A DNA stretch of 64,000 nucleotides from NCBI GenBank assembly GCA_964016885.1, contig OZ024762.1, positions 30,442,001 through 30,506,000 of the forward strand, given 5' to 3'. The DNA is from Eledone cirrhosa (Eukaryota). Every line of letters starts with the position of its first letter. Position 1 is the first letter of the stretch. The notes under the pieces were generated by a model. It was not told where the DNA came from, did no database searches, and saw only the letters and a program-made list of their open reading frames with translations. Positions 1-14,584 of the stretch are shown one piece after another. The position numbers and the translations under genes are program-made.

Positions 1-199
1 GCTGTCAGAAGTAACTCCACTGTTGGTGAGAATTCATTTAAGTTCATGGTATTAGCTGTCAGAAGTAACTCCACTGTTGGTGAGAATTCATTTAAGTTCA
101 TGGTATTAGCTGTCAGAAGGAACTCCAATGTTGGTGAGAATTCATTTAAGTTCATGGTATTAGCTGTCAGAAGGAACGCCACTGTTGGTGAGAATTCAT

Positions 200-1810
200 T
201 TAAGTCATGGTATTAGCTGTCAGAAGTAACTCCACTGTTGGTGAGAATTCATTTAAGTTCATGGTATTAGCTGTCAGAAGGAACTCCAATGTTGGTGAGA
301 ATTCATTTAAGTTCATGGTATTAGCTGTCAGAAGTAACTCCACTGTTGGTGAGAATTCATTTAAGTTCATGGTACTAGCTGTCAGAAGTAACTCCACTTT
401 TGGTGAGAATTCATTTAAGTTCATGGTACTAGCTGTCAGAAGGAACTCCACTGTTGGTGAGAATTCATTTAAGTTCATGGTATTAGCTGTCAGAAGTAAC
501 TCCAATGTTGGTGAGAATTCATTTAAGTCATGGTACTAGCTGTCAGAAGTAACTCCACTGTTGGTGAGAATTCATTTAAGTTCATGGTATTAGCTGTCAG
601 AAGTAACTCCACTGTTGGTGAGAATTCATTTAAGTTCATGGTACTAGCTGTCAGAAGTAACTCCAATGTTGGTGAGAATTCATTTAAGTTCATGGTATTA
701 GCTGTCAGAAGTAACTCCACTGTTGGTGAGAATTCAATTAAGTTCATGGTACTAGCTGTCAGAAGTAACTCCACTGTTGGTGAGAATTCATTTAAGTTCA
801 TGGTATTAGCTGTCAGAAGTAACTCCACTGTTGGTGAGAATTCATTTAAGTCATGGTATTAGCTGTCAGAAGTAACTCCATTGTTGGTGAGAATTCATTT
901 AAGTCATGGTACTAGCTGTCAGAAGTAACTCCACTGTTGGTGAGAATTCATTTAAGTTCATGGTACTATCTGTCAGAAGTAACCCCAATGTTGGTGAGAA
1001 TTCATTTAAGTTCATGGTATTAGCTGTCAGAAGTCACTCCAATGTTGGTGAGAATTCATTTAAGTTCATGGTATTAGCTGTCAGAAGTAACTCCACTGTT
1101 GGTGAGAATTCATTTAAGTTCATGGTATTAGCTGTCAGAAGTAACTCCACTGTTGGTGAGAATTCATTTAAGTTCATGGTACTAGCTGTCAGAAGTAACT
1201 CCACTTTTGGTGAGAATTCATTTAAGTTCATGGAACTAGCTGTCAGAAGGAACTCCACTGTTGGTGAGAATTCATTTAAGTTCATGGTATTAGCTGCCAG
1301 AAGTAACTCCAATGTTGGTGAGAATTCATTTAAGTCATGGTACTAGCTGTCAGAAGTAACTCCACTGTTGGTGAGAATTCATTTAAGTTCATGGTATTAG
1401 CTGTCAGAATGAACTCCACTGTTGGTGAGAATTCATTTAAGTTCATGGTATTAGCTGTCAGAAGTAACTCCACTGTTGGTGAGAATTCATTTAAGTTCAT
1501 GGTACTAGCTGTCAGAAGTAACTCCAATGTTGGTGAAAATTCATTTAAGTTCATGGTATTAGCTGTCAGAAGTAACTCCACTGTTGGTGAGAATTCATTT
1601 AAGTTCATGGTACTAGCTGTCAGAAGTAACTCCACTGTTGGTGAGAATTCATTTAAGTTCATGGTATTAACTGTCAGAAGTAACTCCACTGTTGGTGAGA
1701 ATTCATTTAAGTTCATGGTATTAGCTGTCAGAAGTAACTCCACTGTTGGTGAGAATTCATTTAAGTCATGGTATTAGCTGTCAGAAGTAACTCCATTGTT
1801 GGTGAGAATT
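200..1810. repeat. Approximately 15-monomer (807-bp offset) higher-order duplication
   Basis: The rare variant ccacttttgg occurs at 394 and 1201 (807 apart). ORF starts 530 and 1337 have the same offset. 807 = 15x54-3. Confidence 0.7.
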
Positions 1811-3589
1811 CATTTAAGTCATGGTACTAGCTGTCAGAAGTAACTCCACTGTTGGTGAGAATTCATTTAAGTTCATGGTATTAGCTGTCAGAAGTAACTC
1901 CACTGTTGGTGAGAATTCATTTAAGTTCATGGTACTAGCTGTCAGAAGGAACTCCACTGTTGGTGAGAATTCATTTAAGTTCATGGTATTAGCTGTCAGA
2001 AGTAACTCCAATGTTGGTGAGAATTCATTTAAGTCATGGTACTAGCTGTCAGAAGTAACTCCACTGTTGGTGAGAATTCATTTAAGTTCATGGTATTAGC
2101 TGTCAGAAGGAACTCCACTGTTGGTGAGAATTCATTTAAGTTCATGGTACTAGCTGTCAGAAGTAACTCCACTGTTGGTGAGAATTCATTTAAGTTCATG
2201 GTACTAGCTGTCAGAAGTAACTCCACTGTTGGTGAGAATTCATTTAAGTTCATGGTACTAGCTGTCAGAAGTAACTCCACTGTTGGTGAGAATTCATTTA
2301 AGTTCATGGTACTAGCTGTCAGAAGTAACTCCAATGTTGGTGAGAATTCATTTAAGTTCATGGTATTAGCTGTCAGAAGTAACTCCACTGTTGGTGAGAA
2401 TTCATTTAAGTTCATGGTACTAGCTGTCAGAAGTAACTCCACTGTTGGTGAGAATTCATTTAAGTTCATGGTACTAGCTGTCAGAAGTAACCCCAATGTT
2501 GGTGAGAATTCATTTAAGTTCATGGTATTAGCTGTCAGAAGTCACTCCAATGTTGGTGAGAATTCATTTAAGTTCATGGTATTAGCTGTCAGAAGTCACT
2601 CCACTGTTGGTGAGAATTCATTTAAGTTCATGGTACTAGCTGTCAGAAGTAACCCCAATGTTGGTGAGAATTCATTTAAGTTCATGGTACTAGCTGTCAG
2701 AAGTCACTCCAATGTTGGTGAGAATTCATTTAAGTTCATGGTATTAGCTGTCAGAAGTAACTCCACTGTTGGTGAGAATTCTTTTAAGTTCATGGTATTA
2801 GCTGTCAGAAGGAACTCCAATGTTGGTGAGAATTCATTTAAGTCATGGTACTAGCTGTCAGAAGTAACTCCACTGTTGGTGAGAATTCATTTAAGTTCAT
2901 GGTATTAGCTGTCAGAAGGAACGCCACTGTTGGTGAGAATTCATTTAAGTTCATGGTATTAGCTGTCAGAAGTAACTCCACTGTTGGTGAGAATTCATTT
3001 AAGTCATGGTATTAGTTGTCAGAAGTAACTCCAATGTTGGTGAGAATTCATTTAAGTCATGGTACTAGCTGTCAGAAGTAACTCCAATGTTGGTGAGAAT
3101 TCATTTAAGTTCATGGTATTAGCTGTTAGAAGGAACTCCACTGTTGGTGAGAATTCATTTAAGTTCATGGTATTAGCTGTCAGAAGTAACTCCACTGTTG
3201 GTGAGAATTCATTTAAGTTCATGGTACTAGCTGTCAGAAGTAACTCCACTGTTGGTGAGAATTCAGTTAAGTTCATGGTATTAGTTGTCAGAAGTAACTC
3301 CACTGTTGGTGAGAATTCATTTAAATCATGGTATTAGTTGTCAGAAGTAACTCCAATGTTGGTGAGAATTCATTTAGGTTCATGGTACTAGGTGTCAGAA
3401 GTAACTCCACTGTTGGTGAGAATTCATTTAAGTTCATGGTACTAGCTGTCAGAAGTAACTCCACTGTTGGTGAGAATTCATTTAAGTTCATGGTACTAGC
3501 TGTCAGAAGTAACTCCACTGTTGGTGAGAATTCATTTAAGTCATGGTATTAGCTGTCAGAAGTAACTCCATTGTTGGTGAGAATTCATT

Positions 3590-6500
3590 TAAGTCATGGT
3601 ACTAGCTGTCAGAAGGAACTCCACTGTTGGTGAGAATTCATTTAAGTTCATGGTACTAGCTGTCAGTAGTAACTCCACTGTTGGTGAGAATTCATTTAAG
3701 TTCATGGTACTAGCTGTCAGAAGTAACTCCACTGTTGGTGAGAATTCATTTAAGTTCATGGTACTAGCTGTCAGAAGTAACTCCACTGTTGGTGAGAATT
3801 CATTTAAATTCATGGTATTAGCTGTCAGAAGTCACTCCACTGTTGGTGAGAATTCATTTAAGTTCATGGTATTAGCTGTCAGAAGTAACTCCACTGTTGG
3901 TGAGAATTCATTTAAGTTCATGGTATTAGCTGTCAGAAGTAACTCCACTGTTGGTGAGAATTCATTCATTTAATTTCATGGTATTAGCTGTCAGAAGTAA
4001 CTCCACTGTTGGTGAGAATTCATTTAAGTTCATGGTACTAGCTGTCAGAAGTAACTCCACTGTTGGTGAGAATTCATTTAAGTTCATGGTACTAGCTGTC
4101 AGAAGTAACCCCAATGTTGGTGAGAATTCATTTAAGTTCATGGTATTAGCTGTCAGAAGTCACTCCACTGTTGGTAAGAATTCATTTAAGTTCATGGTAT
4201 TAGCTGTCAGAAGTAACTCCACTGTTGTTGAGAATTCATTTAAGTTCATGGTACTAGCTGTCAGAAGTAACTCCACTGTTGGTGAGAATTCATTTAAGTT
4301 CATGGTATTAGCTGTCAGAAGTAACTCCACTGTTGGTGAGAATTCATTTAAGTCATGGTATTAGCTGTCAGAAGTAACTCCATTGTTGGTGAGAATTCAT
4401 TTAAGTCATGGTACTAGCTGTCAGAAGTAACTCCACTGTTGGTGAGAATTCATTTAAGTTCATGGTACTAGCTGTCAGAAGTAACCCCAACGTTGGTGAG
4501 AATTCATTTAAGTTCATGGTATTAGCTGTCAGAAGTCACTCCAATGTTGGTGAGAATTCATTTAAGTTCATGGTATTAGCTGTCAGAAGTAACTCCACTG
4601 TTGGTGAGAATTCATTTAAGTTCATGGTATTAGCTTTCAGAAGTAACTCCACTGTTGGTGAGAATTCATTTAAGTTCATGGTATTAGCTGTCAGAAGTAA
4701 CTCCACTGTTGGTGAGAATTCATTTAAGTTCATGGTATTAGCTGTCAGAAGGAACTCCAATGTTGGTGAGAATTCATTTAAGTCATGGTACTAGCTGTCA
4801 GAAGTAACTCCACTGTTGGTGAGAATTCATTTAAGTTCATGGTATTAGCTGTCAGAAGGAACGCCACTGTTGGTGAGAATTCATTTAAGTTCATGGTATT
4901 AGCTGTCAGAAGTAACTCCACTGTTGGTGAGAATTCATTTAAGTCATGGTATTAGTTGTCAGAAGTAACTCCAATGTTGGTGAGAATTCATTTAAGTCAT
5001 GGTACTAGCTGTCAGAAGTAACTCCAATGTTGGTGAGAATTCATTTAAGTTCATGGTATTAGCTGTTAGAAGGAACTCCACTGTTGGTGAGAATTCATTT
5101 AAGTTCATGGTATTAGCTGTCAGAAGTAACTCCACTGTTGGTGAGAATTCATTTAAGTTCATGGTACTAGCTGTCAGAAGTAACTCCACTGTTGGTGAGA
5201 ATTCATTTAAGTTCATGGTACTAGCTGTCAGAAGTAACTCCACTGTTGGTGAAAATTCATTTAAGTTCATGGTACTAGCTGTCAGAAGTAACTCCACTGT
5301 TGGTGAGAATTCATTTAAGTTCATGGTACTAGCTGTCAGAAGTAACTCCACTGTTGGTGAGAATTCATTTAAGTCATGGTATTAGCTGTCAGAAGTAACT
5401 CCATTGTTGGTGAGAATTCATTTAAGTCATGGTACTAGCTGTCAGAAGTAACTCCACTGTTGGTGAGAATTCATTTAAGTTCATGGTACTAGCTGTCAGA
5501 AGTAACTCCACTGTTGGTGAGAATTCATTTAAGTTCATGGTACTAGCTGTCAGAAGTAACTCCACTGTTGGTGAGAATTCATTTAAGTTCATGGTATTAG
5601 ATGTCAGAAGTAACTCCACTGTTGGTGAGAATTCATTTAAGTTCATGGTATTAGCTGTCAGAAGTCACTCCACTGTTGGTGAGAATTCATTTAAGTTCAT
5701 GGTATTAGCTGTCAGAAGTAACTCCACTGTTGGTGAGAATTCATTTAAGTTCATGGTATTAGCTGTCAGAAGTATCTCCACTGTTGGTGAGAATTCATTC
5801 ATTTAATTTCATGGTATTAGCTGTCAGAAGTAACTCCACTGTTGGTGAGAATTAATTTAAGTTCATGGTACTAGCTGTCAGAAGTAACTCCACTGTTGGT
5901 GAGAATTCATTTAAGTTCATGGTACTAGCTGTCAGAAGTAACCCCAATGTTGGTGAGAATTCATTTAAGTTCATGGTATTAGCTGTCAGAAGTCACTCCA
6001 CTGTTGGTAAGAATTCATTTAAGTTCATGGTATTAGCTGTCAGAAGTAACTCCACTGTTGGTGAGAATTCATTTAAGTTCATGGTATTAGCTGTCAGAAG
6101 TAACTCCACTGTTGGTGAGAATTCATTTAAGTTCATGGTATTAGCTGTCAGAAGTAACTCCACTGTTGGTGAGAATTCATTTAAGTCATGGTATTAGCTG
6201 TCAGAAGTAACTCCATTGTTGGTGAGAATTCATTTAAGTCATGGTACTAGCTGTCAGAAGTAACTCCACTGTTGGTGAGAATTCATTTAAGTTCATGGTA
6301 CTAGCTGTCAGAAGTAACCCCAATGTTGGTGAGAATTCATTTAAGTTCATGGTATTAGCTGTCAGAAGTCACTCCAATGTTGGTGAGAATTCATTTAAGT
6401 TCATGGTATTAGCTGTCAGAAGTAACTCCACTGTTGGTGAGAATTCATTTAAGTTCATGGTATTAGCTGTCAGAAGTAACTCCACTGTTGGTGAGAATTC

Positions 6501-6770
6501 ATTTAAGTTCATGGTATTAGCTGTCAGAAGTAACTCCACTGTTGGTGAGAATTCATTTAAGTTCATGGTATTAGCTGTCAGGACGAACTCCAATGTTGGT
6601 GAGAATTCATTTAAGTCATGGTACTAGCTGTCAGAAGTAACTGCACTGTTGGTGAGAATTCATTTAAGTTCATGGTATTAGCTGTCAGAAGGAACGCCAC
6701 TGTTGGTGAGAATTCATTTAAGTTCATGGTATTAGCTGTCAGAAGTAACTCCACTGTTGGTGAGAATTCA
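3590..6770. repeat. Approximately 34-monomer (1833-bp offset) higher-order duplication
   Basis: The CATT-insertion monomer is at 3961 and 5794. ORF pairs 3596/5429 and 4408/6241 are 1833 apart. The ggtaagaat variant is present in both copies. Confidence 0.8.
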
Positions 6771-7089
6771 TTTAAGTCATGGCACTAGCTGTCAGAAGTA
6801 ACTCCAATGTTGGTGAGAATTCATTTAAGTTCATGGTATTAGCTGTTAGAAGGAACTCCACTGTTGGTGAGAATTCATTTAAGTTCATTGTACTAGCTGT
6901 CAGAAGTAACTCCACTGTTGGTGAGAATTCATTTAAGTTCATGGTACTAGCTGTCAGAAGTAACTCCACTGTTGGTGAGAATTCATTTAAGTTCATGGTA
7001 TTAGCTGTCAGAAGTAACTCCACTGTTGGTGAGAATTCATTTAAGTTCATGGTATTAGCTGTCAGATGTAACTCCACTGTTGGTGAGAA

Positions 7090-8940
7090 TTCATTTAAGT
7101 TCATGGTACTAGCTGTGAGAAGTAACTCCACTGTTGGTGAGAATTCAGTTAAGTTCATGGTATTAGTTGTCAGAAGTAACTCCACTGTTGGTGAGAATTC
7201 ATTTAAATCATGGTATTAGTTGTCAGAAGTAACTCCAATGTTGGTGAGAATTCATTTAAGTTCATGGTACTAGCTGTCAGAAGTAACTCCACTGTTGGTG
7301 AGAATTCATTTAAGTTCATGGTACTAGCTGTCAGAAGTAACTCCACTGTTGGTGAGAATTCATTTAAGTTCATGGTACTAGCTGTCAGAAGTAACTCCAC
7401 TGTTGGTGAGAATTCATTTAAGTCATGGTATTAGCTGTCAGAAGTAACTCCATTGTTGGTGAGAATTCATTTAAGTCATGGTACTAGCTGTCAGAAGGAA
7501 CTCCACTGTTGGTGAGAATTCATTTAAGTTCATGGTACTAGCTGTCAGAAGTAACTCCACTGTTGGTGAGAATTCATTTAAGTTCATGGTACTAGCTGTC
7601 AGAAGTAACTCCACTGTTGGTGAGAATTCATTTAAGTTCATGGTACTAGCTGTCAGAAGTAACTCCACTGTTGGTGAGAATTCATTTAAGTTCATGGTAT
7701 TAGCTGTCAGAAGTCACTCCACTGTTGGTGAGAATTCATTTAAGTTCATGGTATTAGCTGTCAGAAGTAACTCCACTGTTGGTGAGAATTCATTTAAGTT
7801 CATGGTATTAGCTGTCAGAAGTAACTCCACTGTTGGTGAGAATTCATTCATTTAATTTCATGGTATTAGCTGTCAGAAGTAACTCCACTGTTGGTGAGAA
7901 TTCATTTAAGTTCATGGTACTAGCTGTCAGAAGTAACTCCACTGTTGGTGAGAATTCATTTAAGTTCATGGTACTAGCTGTCAGAAGTAACTCCACTGTT
8001 GGTGAGAATTCATTTAAGTTCATGGTACTAGCTGTCAGAAGTAACTCCACTGTTGGTGAGAATTCAGTTAAGTTCATGGTATTAGTTGTCAGAAGTAACT
8101 CCACTGTTGGTGAGAATTCATTTAAATCATGGTATTAGTTGTCAGAAGAAACTCCAATGTTGGTGAGAATTCATTTAAGTTCATGGTACTAGCTGTCAGG
8201 AGTAACTCCACTGTTGGTGAGAATTCATTTAAGTTCATGGTACTAGCTGTCAGAAGTAACTCCACTGTTGGTGAGAATTCATTTAAGTTCATGGTACTAG
8301 CTGTCAGAAGTAACTCCACTGTTGGTGAGAATTCATTTAAGTCATGGTATTAGCTGTCAGAAGTAACTCCATTGTTGGTGAGAATTCATTTAAGTCATGG
8401 TACTAGCTGTCAGAAGGAACTCCACTGTTGGTGAGAATTCATTTAAGTTCATGGTACTAGCTGTCAGAAGTAACTCCACTGTTGGTGAGAATTCATTTAA
8501 GTTCATGGTACTAGCTGTCAGAAGTAACTCCACTGTTGGTGAGAATTCATTTAAGTTCATGGTACTAGCTGTCAGAAGTAACTCCACTGTTGGTGAGAAT
8601 TCATTTAAGTTCATGGTATTAGCTGTCAGAAGTCACTCCACTGTTGGTGAGAATTCATTTAAGTTCATGGTATTAGCTGTCAGAAGTAACTCCACTGTTG
8701 GTGAGAATTCATTTAAGTTCATGGTATTAGCTGTCAGAAGTAACTCCACTGTTGGTGAGAATTCATTCATTTAATTTCATGGTATTAGCTGTCAGAAGTA
8801 ACTCCACTGTTGGTGAGAATTCATTTAAGTTCATGGTACTAGCTGTCAGAAGTAACTCCACTGTTGGTGAGAATTCATTTAAGTTCATGGTACTAGCTGT
8901 CAGAAGTAACTCCACTGTTGGTGAGAATTCATTTAAGTTC
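7090..8940. repeat. 17-monomer (919-bp) tandem duplication
   Basis: ORF pairs 7210/8129, 7478/8397 and 7833/8752, and CATT insertions at 7843/8762, are all offset by 919. Confidence 0.85.
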
Positions 8941-10709
8941 ATGGTACTAGCTGTCAGAAGTAACCCCAATGTTGGTGAGAATTCATTTAAGTTCATGGTA
9001 TTAGCTGTCAGAAGTCACTCCACTGTTGGTAAGAATTCATTTAAGTTCATGGTATTAGCTGTCAGAAGTAACTCCACTGTTGGAGAGAATTCATTTAAGT
9101 TCATGGTACTAGCTGTCAGAAGTAACTCCACTGTTGGTGAGAATTCATTTAAGTTCATGGTATTAGCTGTCAGAAGTAACTCCACTGTTGGTGAGAATTC
9201 ATTTAAGTCATGGTATTAGCTGTCAGAAGTAACTACATTGTTGGTGAGAATTCATTTAAGTCATGGTACTAGCTGTCAGAAGTAACTCCACTGTTGGTGA
9301 GAATTCATTTAAGTTCGTGGTACTAGCTGTCAGAAGGAACTCCACTGTTGGTGAGAATTCATTTAAGTTCATGTTATTAGCTGTCAGAAGTAACTCCAAT
9401 GTTGGTGAGAATTCATTTAAGTCATGGCACTAGCTGTCAGAAGTAACTCCAATGTTGGTGAGAATTCATTTAAGTCATGGTACTAGCTGTCAGAAGGAAC
9501 TCCACTGTTGGTGAGAATTCATTTAAGTTCATGGTATTAGCTGTCAGAAGGAACTCCACTGTTGGTGAGAATTCATTTAAGTTCATGGTATTAGCTGTCA
9601 GAAGTAACTCCAATGTTGGTGAGAATTCATTTAAGTTTATGGTATTAGCTGTCAGAAGTAACTCCACTGTTGGTGAGAATTCATTTAAGTTCATGGTACT
9701 AGCTGTCAGAAGTAACTCCACTGTTGGTGAGAATTCTTTTAAGTTCATGGTACTAGCTGTCAGAAGTAACTCCACTGTTGGTGAGAATTCATTTAAGTTC
9801 ATGGTACTAGCTGTCAGAAGTAACCCCAATGTTGGTGAGAATTCATTTAAGTTCATGGTATTAGCTGTCAGAAGTCACTCCACTGTTGGTGAGAATTCAT
9901 TTAAGTTCATGGTATTAGCTGTCAGAAGTAACTCCACTGTTGGTGAGAATTCATTTAAGTTCATGGTATTAGCTGTCAGAAGTAACTCCACTGTTGGTGA
10001 GAATTCATTTAAGTTCATGGTATTAGCTGTCAGAAGGAACTCCACTGTTGGTGAGAATTCATTTAAGTTCATGGTATTAGCTGTCAGAAGTAACTCCACT
10101 GTTGGTGAGAATTCATTTAAGTTCATGGTACTAGCTGTCAGAAGTAACTCCACTGTTGGTGAGAATTCATTTAAGTTCATGGTATTAGCTGTCAGAAGTA
10201 ACTCCACTGTTGGTGAGAATTCATTTAAGTTCATGGTATTAGCTGTCAGAAGGAACTCCACTGTTGGTGAGAATTCATTTAAGTTCATGGTATTAGCTGT
10301 CAGAAGTAACTCCACTGTTGGTGAGAATTCATTTAAGTTCATGGTACTAGCTGTCAGAAGTAACTCCACTGTTGGTGAGAATTCATTTAAGTTCATGGTA
10401 CTAGCTGTCAGAAGGAACTCCACTGTTGGTGAGAATTCATTTAAGTTCATGGTATTAGCTGTCAGAAGTAACTCCAATGTTGGTGAGAATTCATTTAAGT
10501 TCATGGTATTAGCTGTCAGAAGTAACTCCAATGTTGGTGAGAATTCATTTAAGTCATGGTACTAGCTGTCAGAAGTAACTCCACTGTTGGTGAGAATTCA
10601 TTTAAGTTCATGGTACTAGCTGTCAGAAGGAACTCCACTGTTGGTGAGAATTCATTTAAGTTCATGGTATTAGCTGTCAGAAGTAACTCCAATGTTGGTG
10701 AGAATTCAT

Positions 10710-12760
10710 TTAAGTCATGGTACTAGCTGTCAGAAGTAACTCCACTGTTGGTGAGAATTCATTTAAGTTCATGGTACTAGCTGTCAGAAGTAACTCCACT
10801 GTTGGTGAGAATTCTTTTAAGTTCATGGTACTAGCTGTCAGAAGTAACCCCAATGTTGGTGAGAATTCATTTAAGTTCATGGTATTAGCTGTCAGAAGTC
10901 ACTCCAATGTTGGTGAGAATTCATTTAAGTTCATGGTATTAGCTGTCAGAAGTAACTCCACTGTTGGTGAGAATTCATTTAAGTTCATGGTATTAGCTGT
11001 CAGAAGTAACTCCACTGTTGGTGAGAATTCATTTAAGTTCATGGTATTAGCTGTCAGAAGTAACTCCACTGTTGGTGAGAATTCATTTAAGTTCATGGTA
11101 TTAGCTGTCAGAACGAACTCCAATGTTGGTGAGAATTCATTTAAGTCATGGTACTAGCTGTCAGAAGTAACTGCACTGTTGGTGAGAATTCATTTAAGTT
11201 CATGGTATTAGCTGTCAGAAGGAACGCCACTGTTGGTGAGAATTCATTTAAGTTCATGGTATTAGCTGTCTGAAGTAACTCCACTGTTGGTGAGAATTCA
11301 TTTAAGTTCATGGTACTAGCTGTCAGAAGTAACTCCACTGTTGGTGAGAATTCAGTTAAGTTCATTGTACTAGCTGTCAGAAGTCACTCCAATGTTGGTG
11401 AGAATTCATTTAAGTTCATGGTACTAGCTGTCAGAAGTAACTCCACTGTTGGTGAGAATTCATTTAAGTTCATGGTACTAGCTGTCAGAAGTAACTCCAC
11501 TGTTGGTGAGAATTCATTTAAGTTCATGGTATTAGCTGTCAGAAGTAACTCCACTGTTGGTGAGAATTCATTTAAGTTCATGGTATTAGCTGTCAGATGT
11601 AACTCCACTGTTGGTGAGAATTCATTTAAGTTCATGGTACTAGCTGTCAGAAGTAACTCCACTGTTGGTGAGAATTCAGTTAAGTTCATGGTATTAGTTG
11701 TCAGAAGTAACTCCACTGTTGGTGAGAATTCATTTAAATCATGGTATTAGTTGTCAGAAGTAACTCCAATGTTGGTGAGAATTCATTTAAGTTCATGGTA
11801 CTAGCTGTCAGAAGTAACTCCTCTGTTGGTGAGAATTCATTTAAGTTCATGGTACTAGCTGTCAGAAGTAACTCCACTGTTGGTGAGAATTCATTTAAGT
11901 TCATGGTACTAGCTGTCAGAAGTAACTCCACTGTTGGTGAGAATTCATTTAAGTCATGGTATTAGCTGTCAGAAGTAACTCCATTGTTGGTGAGAATTCA
12001 TTTAAGTCATGGTACTAGCTGTCAGAAGGAAATCCACTGTTGGTGAGAATTCATTTAAGTTCATGGTACTAGCTGTCAGAAGTAACTCCACTGTTGGTGA
12101 GAATTCATTTAAGTTCATGGTACTAGCTGTCAGAAGTAACTCCAATGTTGGTGAGAATTCATTTAAGTCATGGTACTAGCTGTCAGAAGTAACTCCACTG
12201 TTGGTGAGAATTCATTTAAGTTCATGGTACTAGCTGTCAGAAGTAACTCCACTGTTGGTGAGAATTCTTTTAAGTTCATGGTACTAGCTGTCAGAAGTAA
12301 CCCCAATGTTGGTGAGAATTCATTTAAGTTCATGGTATTAGCTGTCAGAAGTCACTCCAATGTTGGTGAGAATTCATTTAAGTTCATGGTATTAGCTGTC
12401 AGAAGTAACTCCACTGTTGGTGAGAATTCATTTAAGTTCATGGTATTAGCTGTCAGAAGTAACTCCACTGTTGGTGAGAATTCATTTAAGTTCATGGTAT
12501 TAGCTGTCAGAAGTAACTCCACTGTTGGTGAGAATTCATTTAAGTTCATGGTATTAGCTGTCAGAACGAACTCCAATGTTGGTGAGAATTCATTTAAGTC
12601 ATGGTACTAGCTGTCAGAAGTAACTGCACTGTTGGTGAGAATTCATTTAAGTTCATGGTATTAGCTGTCAGAAGGAACGCCACTGTTGGTGAGAATTCAT
12701 TTAAGTTCATGGTATTAGCTGTCAGAAGTAACTCCACTGTTGGTGAGAATTCATTTAAGT
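10710..12760. repeat. Block duplicated at 1453-bp (27-monomer) offset
   Basis: Identical ORF translations 10717..11157 and 12170..12610. Shared rare variants ttctttt, agaacgaac and ctgcac. Confidence 0.8.
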
Positions 12761-14584
12761 CATGGTATTAGTTGTCAGAAGTAACTCCAATGTTGGTGAG
12801 AATTCATTTAAGTCATGGCACTAGCTGTCAGAAGTAACTCCAATGTTGGTGAGAATTCATTTAAGTTCATGGTATTAGCTGTTAGAAGGAACTCCACTGT
12901 TGGTGAGAATTCATTTAAGTTCATTGTACTAGCTGTCAGAAGTAACTCCACTGTTGGTGAGAATTCATTTAAGTTCATGGTACTAGCTGTCAGAAGTAAC
13001 TCCACTGTTGGTGAAAATTCATTTAAGTTCATGGTACTAGCTGTCAGAAGTAACTCCACTGTTGGTGAGAATTCAGTTAAGTTCATGGTACTAGCTGTCA
13101 GAAGTCACTCCAATGTTGGTGAGAATTCATTTAAGTTCATGGTACTAGCTGTCAGAAGTAACTCCACTGTTGGTGAGAATTCATTTAAGTTCATGGTATT
13201 AGCTGTCAGAAGTAACTCCACTGTTGGTGAGAATTCATTTAAGTTCATGGTATTAGCTGTCAGATGTAACTCCACTGTTGGTGAGAATTCATTTAAGTTC
13301 ATGGTACTAGCTGTCAGAAGTAACTCCACTGTTGGTGAGAATTCAGTTAAGTTCATGGTATTAGTTGTCAGAAGTAACTCCACTGTTGGTGAGAATTCAT
13401 TTAAATCATGGTATTAGTTGTCAGAAGTAACTCCAATGTTGGTGAGAATTCATTTAAGTTCATGGTACTAGCTGTCAGAAGTAACTCCAATGTTGGTGAG
13501 AATTCATTTAAGTTCATGGTATTAGCTGTCAGAAGTAACTCCACTGTTGGTGAGAATTCATTTAAGTTCATGGTATTAGCTGTCAGAAGTAACTCCACTG
13601 TTGGTGAGAATTCATTTAAGTTCATGGTATTAGCTGTCAGAAGTAACTCCACTGTTGGTGAGAATTCATTTAAGTTCATGGTACTAGCTGTCAGAGGTAA
13701 CTCCACTGTTGGTGAGAATTCATTTAAGTTCATGGTATTAGCTGTCAGAAGTAACTCCACTGTTGGTGAGAATTCATTTAAGTCATGGTATTAGCTGTCA
13801 GAAGTAACTCCATTGTTGGTGAGAATTCATTTAAGTCAGGGTACTAGCTGTCAGAAGTAACTCCACTGTTGGTGAGAATTCATTTAAGTTCATGGTACTA
13901 GCTGTCAGAAGTAACTCCACTGTTGGTGAGAATTCATTTAAGTTCATGGTATTAGCTGTCAGAAGGAACTCCACTGTTGGTGAGAATTCATTTAAGTTCA
14001 TGGTATTAGCTGTCAGAAATAACTCCACTGTTGGTGAGAATTCATTTAAGTTCATGGTACTAGCTGTCAGACGTAACTCCACTGTTGGTGAGAATTCATT
14101 TAAGTTCATGGTACTAGCTGTCAGAAGGAACTCCACTGTTGGTGAGAATTCATTTAAGTTCATGGTATTAGCTGTCAGAAGTAACTCCAATGTTGGTTAG
14201 AATTCATTTAAGTTCATGGTACTAGCTGTCAGAAGTAACTCCACTGTTGGTGAGAATTCATTTAAGTTCATGGTACTAGCTGTCAGAAGTAACTCCACTG
14301 TTGGTGAGAATTCATTTAAGTTCATGGTATTAGCTGTCAGAAGTAACTCCACTGTTGGTGAGAATTCATTTAAGTTCATGGTATTAGCTGTCAGAAGTAA
14401 CTCCACTGTTGGTGAGAATTCATTTAAGTTCATGGTATTAGCTGTCAGAAGTAACTCCACTGTTGGTGAGAATTCATTTAAGTTCATGGTACTAGCTGTC
14501 AGAAGTAACTCCACTGTTGGTGAGAATTCATTTAAGTCATGGTATTAGCTGTCAGAAGTAACTCCATTGTTGGTGAGAATTCAT

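Noticed and set aside
1-54. Assignment to a named satellite family or species
   Set aside because: I do not recognise the monomer with confidence, and a database search is needed.
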